DNA of 44,442 nucleotides, taken from the NCBI GenBank assembly GCA_034723395.1, contig JAYEOW010000019.1, positions 1-44,442 of the forward strand, read 5' to 3'. Below, in pieces: positions 37,564 to 44,442 of the stretch. This stretch comes from Candidatus Margulisiibacteriota bacterium (GTDB lineage: Bacteria > Margulisbacteria > WOR-1 > O2-12-FULL-45-9). The stretch's first letter is position 1. Each line of letters begins with the position of its first letter. The notes under the pieces are model-generated. The model had not been told where the DNA came from. It was given only the letters and a program-made list of their open reading frames with translations, and made no database searches. The position numbers were made by a program, and so were the translations under genes.

Positions 37564-37700
37564 GTCCCGACAATGAAATTGTCGGTTCCTTTGTAAGGTG
37601 GGGAATGGAACCGCGAATTTTATTCGCAGGTTCCTTGCTTGGAAGGTTAGTCCCGACAATGATCCCTCGGCTCCTCTCGGAACAAGAATTGTCGGTTCCT
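37564..37700. repeat. Three REP-like hairpins ending in GGTTCCT
   Basis: CCGACAAT-gaa-ATTGTCGGTTCCT (37567-37590); GGAACCGCGAAT..ATTCGCAGGTTCC (37607-37634); GTCCCGACAAT..27 nt..ATTGTCGGTTCCT (37650-37700). Confidence 0.8.
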
Positions 37701-38070
37701 TTAAAACGATCTACTATATCTTTTGTCAGATCCGGATCCATCTACTTGATTTTTGATATAATCTGTTACTTTTTCAAGATCATCTTTATCTTTAATTTCT
37801 CTGGCAAAATATGATCGTGCCCAAAGTTTTCTATCGCGCCGATATTCCTTTTAGCATTTTTATTATATAGTCAACTCGATGTTTCGGATTATATTTAATT
37901 AAGCAATGGACATGGTCTTCTAATATTCTACAGGCAAGGATTACGAATCCTTTCGTCTTAGCAATATTATAGAAAGTCTTATATAGAAAATCGATTAAAT
38001 CTATTTCAAATAGTATTGATCTTGTTTTGTAAGTGTTAAATACATAATGTTGGATTATGTGATTTTTCAT
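37701..38070 (-). pseudogene. tnpA: IS200/IS605-type or REP-associated Y1 (HUH) transposase, frameshifted
   Basis: H.VF.T, EDHVH, MLKGISAR then TAG at 37831-37833. A shifted frame continues RKLWARSYFARE...YIKNQ to TAA at 37701. Confidence 0.85.
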
Positions 38071-38081
38071 GATTGATTAAT

Positions 38082-38105
38082 AGGAACCGACACTTTTAGT
38101 GTCGG
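38082..38105. repeat. REP-like hairpin in inverted orientation to those at 37564-37700
   Basis: AGGAACCGACACT-ttt-AGTGTCGG. Confidence 0.8.
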
Positions 38106-38126
38106 GGTGGACAGGTCGGAGAAGTG

Positions 38127-38912
38127 TTAATCTACTATCTTCCTGATCGGCTTGATCTCTTTTGCTTTTCCGGTCCGTTTATCGATCGAGATCAGGACCG
38201 CGTTAAATAGCCCCGGACCGGTCTCGGCTGGAGCAAACTTTTCCGGCATCTGAGTTAAGAATCTTTTTAGTATCTGCTCTTTATTCATCCCAATAATCGA
38301 TTCGTACGCGCCGACCATGCCGACATCACAGATAAATGCGGTTCCTCCGGTTAATATCCGGTCATCCGCCGTCATAACATGGGTATGGGTCCCTAGGACC
38401 GCCGAGACTTCGCTATTTAAAAACCAGCCCATCGCGGTCTTTTCGGATGTTGCCTCTGCATGCATATCGACAATAATAATATTGGTCTCATCCTGTAATT
38501 TCGGAAGGAGCTTGTTCATTGCCTGAAAGGGGCAGTCCATGCTTTGCATAAAAGTCCTGCCGACCAGGTTTGTAATAGCGATCTTTACTCCTTTTTTTTC
38601 GATGACCAGATGGTCATTTCCCGGGACTTTGGGAGGGTAATTTGCCGGACGGACAACTAGGGGGAATTTATCGATATCTTTTACGATCTCTTTCTTATCC
38701 CACATATGGTTCCCCATAGTGATGGCCTCGATCCCCATCTCGAGAAGTTCTTTATATATCTTTCCAGTTATCCCATAACCATGGGCAGAGTTTTCTCCGT
38801 TAGCTATGATCAGGTCCGGCCTTAGTTCCGTCTTTAGCTGAGGCAGAACTTCGGAGCAGATCTTTCTGCCCATCTTTCCGATGATGTCCCCGATAAAAAG
38901 TACCCTTATCAT
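38127..38912 (-). CDS. ymdB: YmdB-like metallophosphoesterase (TIGR00282 family)
   Basis: [38 protein letters not shown]; adjacent to rny. Confidence 0.93.
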   Translation of the reverse strand: MIRVLFIGDIIGKMGRKICSEVLPQLKTELRPDLIIANGENSAHGYGITGKIYKELLEMGIEAITMGNHMWDKKEIVKDIDKFPLVVRPANYPPKVPGNDHLVIEKKGVKIAITNLVGRTFMQSMDCPFQAMNKLLPKLQDETNIIIVDMHAEATSEKTAMGWFLNSEVSAVLGTHTHVMTADDRILTGGTAFICDVGMVGAYESIIGMNKEQILKRFLTQMPEKFAPAETGPGLFNAVLISIDKRTGKAKEIKPIRKIVD

Positions 38913-40456
38913 TTTGCGGTATCGCTCGCTCTAGTTTCACGAATAACGGTGACCTTTACTTCGCCGGGATATTCGAGTTCCGCCTCGATTTTTTTAGCGA
39001 TATCGTGGGCCAGTTTTGTAGCCGAGGCATCATCAATTTTATTAGGCTCAACCATAACCCTAACTTCCCGACCGGCTTGGATGGCATAACATTTTTCAAC
39101 GCCGGGGAATGATTTGGCGACCGTCTCAAGCTTTTCAAGGCGCTTAATATAGGCTTCAAGCGTATCTCTCCTTGCTCCGGGGCGTGCGGCTGAGATTGCG
39201 TCGCATACCTGGACGATTACCGCTTCAACTGTCCTTGCATCCACATCGCCGTGGTGGGCTTCCATTGCGTGTAATACTTCTGGTGTTTCACCTGCTTTTT
39301 TAGCAAAGGTTACACCAAGTTGTACGTGGGTTCCCTCAACCTCTTGGTCGATCGCTTTTCCCAGATCATGGAGGAGCGCGGCCCTTTTGGCCAGGTTGAC
39401 GTTTACACCTAATTCCGCCGCTAGCATTCCGGCGAGATAGGCCATTTCGACCGAGTGTTTAAGTACATTCTGCCCGTAACTTGTCCGGTAATGCAATCGT
39501 CCAAGAAGCTGGATAATGACCGGCGGGAGTCCGCGGACGCCGGTTTCCATCGCCGCCTGTTCACCATGTTCCCACATGGCAGCCTTAACCTCTTCCTGCG
39601 CTTTCTTGTTCATCTCTTCAACCCTTGCCGGATGGATGCGCCCGTCAGCAATAAGTTTTTGCAGGGTGAGGCGGGCGACTTCTCTTCGTAAAGGATTAAA
39701 ACTGGATAAAATAACCGCTTCCGGAGTATCGTCGACGATCAGGTCTACCCCGGTAAGGGTTTCAAAAGCACGGATGTTTCTTCCTTCCCGGCCGATAATT
39801 CGTCCCTTCATATCATCAGAAGGGAGCTCGACCATGCTGGTAGTTGTTTCGACTACGTGATCGACCGCGCAACGCTGAATAGCGGTAGCCAGGATTTCCC
39901 GGGCCCTTTTTTCCTGGTCCTGTTTTAGTTTCTCTTCAAAAGCCTTGATCCTTTCTCCTGTCTCTTTTTGCAATTCGGCGTCTAATTTGGCCAATAATTG
40001 CTTGCGGGCTTCTTCCTGGGAGAGGGCGGCAACTTTTTCTAGCGCTTGAATATGAAGCTCTTTTGCTTTTTGCAGGCCACCTTTTAGTTTTACCAAATCT
40101 TCATGGATTTTCTTGAGGGAATCTTCTCTTCCCTCAATATCCTTCTCTTTATTCTGGAGCCGGTCTTCGCGGGACTGCAGCCGTCTTTCTTGAGCGGTTA
40201 ATTCTCCTTTTCTCTCTTTAGTCTCTTTCTCGAATTCGGCACGAAGTTTTATCGCCTCGTCCTTAGCTTCAAGCAGGGCTTCTTTCCGAACCCTTTCAGC
40301 CTCTTTTTTTGCCTCCTCAGTTAAATGTTTTGCTGTTTCCTCGGCTATTTTTACCTTTTTTTCTGACATCTGGCGGCGGATCACCAGATAGGCAACCCCT
40401 AGCACAAAAAGTGCTAGGGCTGCCGATACGATGTAAATTACAATATTGAATTCCAT
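38909..40456 (-). CDS. rny: Ribonuclease Y
   Basis: N-terminal TM, coiled coil, KH ([12 protein letters not shown]), HD (LLHDLGK). Confidence 0.97.
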   Translation of the reverse strand: MEFNIVIYIVSAALALFVLGVAYLVIRRQMSEKKVKIAEETAKHLTEEAKKEAERVRKEALLEAKDEAIKLRAEFEKETKERKGELTAQERRLQSREDRLQNKEKDIEGREDSLKKIHEDLVKLKGGLQKAKELHIQALEKVAALSQEEARKQLLAKLDAELQKETGERIKAFEEKLKQDQEKRAREILATAIQRCAVDHVVETTTSMVELPSDDMKGRIIGREGRNIRAFETLTGVDLIVDDTPEAVILSSFNPLRREVARLTLQKLIADGRIHPARVEEMNKKAQEEVKAAMWEHGEQAAMETGVRGLPPVIIQLLGRLHYRTSYGQNVLKHSVEMAYLAGMLAAELGVNVNLAKRAALLHDLGKAIDQEVEGTHVQLGVTFAKKAGETPEVLHAMEAHHGDVDARTVEAVIVQVCDAISAARPGARRDTLEAYIKRLEKLETVAKSFPGVEKCYAIQAGREVRVMVEPNKIDDASATKLAHDIAKKIEAELEYPGEVKVTVIRETRASDTAK

Positions 40457-40478
40457 GATGGGTCCTCCTTTACGTTTA

Positions 40479-41510
40479 TTAGTTTTTCGATGCGACTGCG
40501 ATTGCTTTTCTTATCTCAGATTCGAGCTTACCCGCAGTCTTGGTATTCTCTTTTAAATGGGCGACCGTGCTTTCAAACCCTTGCCCGATCTTTTCTCCTC
40601 CAAATGAGTACCAGGAGCCGCTCTTCTGGATCAGGTTATGTTCAACTCCCTGGCTCAGCAGGTCTGCCTCTGCCAGTATTCCCTTTCCATGGATCAGTAC
40701 TACATGTGCGGTGCGGAAGGGCGGGGCGACCTTATTCTTTACGACCTTTATCCTTACCCGGCTGCCAATGATCTTGTCTCCTTCTTTTATTTTTTCTCCG
40801 GCCCGGACATCGAGTCTAACTGAAGAATAGAACTTCAAGGCTCTTCCCCCGGGAGTTGTTTCCGGGTTTCCGAACATTACTCCGATCTTTTCGCGCAGCT
40901 GGTTGATAAAGATCAATACCGTATTGGATTTTGACACAACGGCGGTAAGTTTTCGAAGGGCCTGTGACATGAGGCGAGCCTGCAGTCCGAGTTTCATCTC
41001 TCCCATCTCACCCTCAACCTCGGCCTTTGGAACCAGGGCGGCGACCGAATCGATGACGATGATATCGATTGCTCCAGAACGGACCAGGGTTTCGGCGATC
41101 TCCAAGGCCTGCTCTCCGTAATCGGGCTGGGAGATAAGCAGATTGTTTACATCTACCCCCAACCTTTTGGAATAGACCGGATCCATAGCGTGCTCGGCAT
41201 CGATAAATGCCGCAACGCCGCCTCGCTTTTGAGCTTCGGCAATCGCGTGTAAAGAGACAGTGGTTTTTCCCCCACCTTCCGGTCCATAGATCTCAATGAT
41301 CCTTCCGCGGGGGAGGCCGCCTGTGCCAAGCGCCAGATCGAGCGATAGGGAGCCGGTTGGGATGACTTCTACTGCCAGTTTCTTATTGTCACCCATCTTC
41401 ATGATCGACCCTTTTCCAAAATTCTTTTCGATCTGCGAAATGGCCAGATTTAACGCTTTACCTTTTCCATTTCCTTTTTCATTTACGTTTTCCTTTTCTT
41501 TTGCGTTCAT
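40479..41510 (-). CDS. recA: Recombinase RecA
   Basis: [37 protein letters not shown]. Confidence 0.98.
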   Translation of the reverse strand: MNAKEKENVNEKGNGKGKALNLAISQIEKNFGKGSIMKMGDNKKLAVEVIPTGSLSLDLALGTGGLPRGRIIEIYGPEGGGKTTVSLHAIAEAQKRGGVAAFIDAEHAMDPVYSKRLGVDVNNLLISQPDYGEQALEIAETLVRSGAIDIIVIDSVAALVPKAEVEGEMGEMKLGLQARLMSQALRKLTAVVSKSNTVLIFINQLREKIGVMFGNPETTPGGRALKFYSSVRLDVRAGEKIKEGDKIIGSRVRIKVVKNKVAPPFRTAHVVLIHGKGILAEADLLSQGVEHNLIQKSGSWYSFGGEKIGQGFESTVAHLKENTKTAGKLESEIRKAIAVASKN

Positions 41511-42061
41511 ACCTTTACCTCCCTGAATATTTCGTAAATTGGGCCTTTTGGAGTAAGCGTGCTTTTCATAATGAATATTCTATCGACGCTTATTTCTCCA
41601 AACTTAATATCTTTAAACTTCTCCAGTTTTTTTAATAGTTTATCGACCCCCCTTTTATCCTTAACTCGTCCAATGGTCAAATGCGCCTTGAACTCCCTTG
41701 TCTCACGACGGGGTCCAGTTTTAGAAAGCCTATCCGCTAGATCGCATAATTTATCCCCTCCTCTGTCTGTCCCCACCCATACGACTTTTGGGTTTTTACC
41801 TTCGGGAAATGTTCCGGCCCCGCCAAGCGAGACTTCGAAACTCCCCGAATTCGATACCGCTTTTTCGGTCAACGCTATTAACTTATCAAGGGCTTTGTCA
41901 TCCACCCATCCTAAAAACTTCAGGGTTAAATGCAAATTCTCTTTTTTAACCCACTTAACCTTTATTTCAGTATCGGAAAGCTCTTTTATGACCTCTTCTA
42001 TGAACTCTTTGATCTTTTCCTTAACTTTATCCGGTAGTTCTACCGAAATAAAGGCTCTCAT
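41507..42061 (-). CDS. thpR: RNA 2',3'-cyclic phosphodiesterase (2H family)
   Basis: Two HxT motifs: LHLTLKFLG and AHLTIGR. Confidence 0.92.
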   Translation of the reverse strand: MRAFISVELPDKVKEKIKEFIEEVIKELSDTEIKVKWVKKENLHLTLKFLGWVDDKALDKLIALTEKAVSNSGSFEVSLGGAGTFPEGKNPKVVWVGTDRGGDKLCDLADRLSKTGPRRETREFKAHLTIGRVKDKRGVDKLLKKLEKFKDIKFGEISVDRIFIMKSTLTPKGPIYEIFREVKV

Positions 42062-42615
42062 TTCATGACCTCATCTCCGCCCAGATGCAGCCAAAGCAGT
42101 CCTAGGGCGGCCTGGGTTGTTTTTTTTCTTATTTCAGGCCGGGTCCCCTGCAAATTAAGTTCTTTCCACTCGTCCCCTTTTCTAGAAGCTATCGCGATAT
42201 AGGCCTTTCCGACAGGAACAGGGGGGAGGGGCGCCGGTCCGGCAGCGCCGGTCGTGGCGATGCCGATATCGGTTTTAAATCGTTTTCTGATTTCTTTGGC
42301 CATCGCGACAGAGACCTCTTTGCTTACCACGCCGTGTTTACTGATCAGCGCAGCAGAGATCCCGAGCTGGATAACCTTAATGCGGGGGTGGTAGCCGACA
42401 ATACTTCCGATAAAGTATTCGGAGCTGCCGGGTACGCTAGTGAGACGGCTGGACACTAGGCCACCAGTGACCGATTCGGCGACCGAAACGGTAAGCTTGC
42501 TCTTTTTGAGCAGGTCGGCGATCTGCCGATCGGTTATTTTCCCGATAGTTGAAAGGACCTTTGTAAAGAAGTCCTCTAGTTTGATTTCGATTGCTTTAGT
42601 AAATTCGTCTGCCAA
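42058..42615 (-). CDS. CinA C-terminal domain protein / NMN deamidase (PncC-like)
   Basis: VAESVTGG, GSSEYF, GVVS, TTGAAGP. Probable TTG start at 42615. Confidence 0.85.
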   Translation of the reverse strand: MADEFTKAIEIKLEDFFTKVLSTIGKITDRQIADLLKKSKLTVSVAESVTGGLVSSRLTSVPGSSEYFIGSIVGYHPRIKVIQLGISAALISKHGVVSKEVSVAMAKEIRKRFKTDIGIATTGAAGPAPLPPVPVGKAYIAIASRKGDEWKELNLQGTRPEIRKKTTQAALGLLWLHLGGDEVMK

Positions 42616-43088
42616 AGGTACCCACCACCCGAAACGACCGAAAGAAGGACTGCCAGCCAGAGGACCCAATCGGCATAAGGAATATTTATGATCAGCATAG
42701 CAATTGCTATGTTTTGGGAAAAAGTCTTCCATTTTGCCGAAGAAGAGGCGGCAATGATCTTTCCTGATTTGGCTACAATGACCCGAATACCCGAGACAAT
42801 AAATTCACGGGAAACAATGATCATGACCGGAATAGGATTTGCCCTTCCAAGCCCGACTAGGTAAATCAAAACTATAGTAACAAGGATCTTATCCGCTAAA
42901 GGATCCAAAAACTTGCCAAGATCGGTCACCTGGTTATAATGGCGGGCGATATAACCATCAACCCAATCTGTTAAGGCAATAAGAAGAAAGGCGATAAGCG
43001 CCAGGCCATTTAAATCAAGGAACAAAAAGACGATCACAAGGGGGGAGAGCGCAATTCTTGCCAGGGTTACATAATTTGCCGTTGTCAA
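42576..43088 (-). CDS. pgsA: CDP-diacylglycerol--glycerol-3-phosphate 3-phosphatidyltransferase
   Basis: ANYVTLAR, TDWVDGYIAR...GKFLDPLADK. Confidence 0.93.
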   Translation of the reverse strand: MTTANYVTLARIALSPLVIVFLFLDLNGLALIAFLLIALTDWVDGYIARHYNQVTDLGKFLDPLADKILVTIVLIYLVGLGRANPIPVMIIVSREFIVSGIRVIVAKSGKIIAASSSAKWKTFSQNIAIAMLIINIPYADWVLWLAVLLSVVSGGGYLWQTNLLKQSKSN

Positions 43089-44287
43089 GCTGCCCTGCCG
43101 ATAAGATCATAGGTCCTGGCCCCAGTTATTTTGACCTTTATGATCCTGCCCGGTTTTAAGGATCTTGGATTTTTGATAAACACTTTGCCGTCGATTTCCG
43201 GAGCGTCCATACAGGTCCTCCCGAAATCCGGCCCTTCAATAATGGTCTCAAGTGTTTTTCCGATCAATTTTTTATTCCGTTCCAAAGATATGCGGCTCTG
43301 GGCCTTCATAATTTTCGCTAATCTTTGTTGTTTTATTTTTCCGGAAACCTGCCCCCCCATTTTTGCGGCAGGCGTTCCTTCTTCTTTCCAGTAGGTAAAG
43401 ACGCCTAATTTGGCAAACTTTACCTCTTTTACAAATCCGAGCAGCTCTTTGAACTCAGCCTCGCCTTCACCGGGAAAACCGACGATGACCGAAGTCCGAA
43501 TTACCGCTTGCGGAAGTTCCCTCCTAATTTTTGCTATTAAGTTTTCAAGATCTTGGCGCTTATAGCGCCTCCTCATATCCTTTAATATTTTATCACAGGC
43601 ATGCTGGATGGGCAAGTCAAAATAAGGTAAAACCCGCTTTGAGCTGGCCATGCAATCGATCAGCTTATCAGTCAAATGGGCGGGGTGGAGATACATCAGG
43701 CGGATCCAGCGGATACCCTTTATATTTGATATTTTCGTCAATAAAACGGTTAAATGCGGGTATACAGATGTATCCTGAGCTATTAAGATGATCTCTTTTA
43801 CCCCGGCTTTTGCCAGGATTTTTACTTCGTTTACAATATCTTTGATTTGCCTATTGACAAGTTTTCCGCGGATGTCAGGGATGGCGCAATATGAGCAGCG
43901 GTTGCTGCATCCTTCGGCGATCTTTACATAAGCAAACCAGGGTGGGGTGGCTTGGATTTTTTTCGATTTAAAAGTTCTTGGTGTTCCGATAAAGGCATCG
44001 ACTTCGGGAAGAATTTCGGGCAGCTCATGTTTATATCTTTGCGGCAGGCATCCGGCAGCGATCAAATATTTACATTTACCTTTATTTTTCCACTTTGAGA
44101 GTTCTAAAATTGTATCGATCGATTCTTCTTTAGCCGGTTTAATAAAAGCGCAGGTGTTGACCAGGATCAATTCTGCCTGGGATGGGTTATCTGTGAAAGT
44201 GTAGCCTTCTTCTTGAAGTTTGGTCATTAAGACTTCGGTGTCGGTTAAATTCTTAGGGCAACCGAGGCTTACGATGTGGGCTTTCAT
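43085..44287 (-). CDS. rimO: Ribosomal protein S12 methylthiotransferase
   Basis: SLGCPKN, NTCAFI, CSNRCSYC radical SAM motif, DAPEIDG TRAM region. Confidence 0.95.
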   Translation of the reverse strand: MKAHIVSLGCPKNLTDTEVLMTKLQEEGYTFTDNPSQAELILVNTCAFIKPAKEESIDTILELSKWKNKGKCKYLIAAGCLPQRYKHELPEILPEVDAFIGTPRTFKSKKIQATPPWFAYVKIAEGCSNRCSYCAIPDIRGKLVNRQIKDIVNEVKILAKAGVKEIILIAQDTSVYPHLTVLLTKISNIKGIRWIRLMYLHPAHLTDKLIDCMASSKRVLPYFDLPIQHACDKILKDMRRRYKRQDLENLIAKIRRELPQAVIRTSVIVGFPGEGEAEFKELLGFVKEVKFAKLGVFTYWKEEGTPAAKMGGQVSGKIKQQRLAKIMKAQSRISLERNKKLIGKTLETIIEGPDFGRTCMDAPEIDGKVFIKNPRSLKPGRIIKVKITGARTYDLIGRAA

Positions 44288-44293
44288 ATTTAA

Positions 44294-44302
44294 ATTATAA
44301 CA
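44294..44302 (-). promoter_or_regulatory. Extended -10 TGTTATAAT for the rimO operon
   Basis: 6 nt before the rimO ATG. Confidence 0.65.
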
Positions 44303-44308
44303 TAGGAA

Positions 44309-44442
44309 ATGCGGAGGCGTTGGGCGAGGGGCGAATCGTCATGCGAGATGCGAAGTGCGTAACGTTTTTCTCATTTCGCATTTCGTTTCGCCTTTCGCTT
44401 CCGCCTAACGTACTTCTTATGATGCGGAGGCGTTGGGTGAGG
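44309..44442. repeat. 21-bp direct repeat enclosing inverted heptamer arrays
   Basis: ATGCGGAGGCGTTGGGCGAGG (44309-44329) and ATGCGGAGGCGTTGGGTGAGG (44422-44442, runs to window edge). Confidence 0.65.

Noticed and set aside
37541..37814. Short ORFs of 66 and 69 aa across the hairpin cluster
   Set aside because: Explained by the REP-like repeats and the transposase remnant.
42616..42732. ORF-track extension of the CinA-like ORF
   Set aside because: Lies inside pgsA in another frame; TTG 42615 is more plausible.
44309..44442. Possible CRISPR array
   Set aside because: Only two 21-bp repeats, a 92-nt internally repetitive spacer, and no cas genes in the window.
1..44442. tRNA/rRNA genes, prophage or defence systems
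   Set aside because: None recognised by eye; tRNAscan/Infernal were not run, so small RNAs could be missed.

Overview
Bacterial chromosomal window, moderate GC. The housekeeping genes and orphan style suggest an uncultured lineage such as Ca. Saganbacteria/WOR-1 or Margulisbacteria, but this is inference only. The right half (25.5-44.4 kb) is mostly housekeeping: pth, mfd, mazG, ftsH, ftcD, valS, ymdB-like, rny, recA, thpR, CinA/PncC, pgsA, rimO, plus a broken Y1 transposase flanked by REP-like hairpins. The left half (0.1-25.5 kb) is a carbohydrate-polymer island. It holds a cellulose-synthase-like GT2 apparently split across two large membrane genes followed by a GH26-TPR protein lacking both catalytic Glu; very divergent NDP-sugar pyrophosphorylases, glycogen synthase, phosphorylase, a NAGPA-like protein and an ART-like protein; and a divergently transcribed GH26/ABC-permease/CBM/outer-membrane operon. 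The main non-coding signal is a motif TG(A/C)AA-N16-nCGATAW with sigma-28 (FliA/WhiG)-like geometry, found at nine gene starts: the orphan/divergent transcription units and one CBM gene. I found it in front of no housekeeping gene; several of those instead have TGnTAnAAT extended -10 boxes 6-8 nt before the ATG. Degenerate 7-bp tandem repeats also occur inside several genes. All calls come from reading motifs by eye; no database searches were run.
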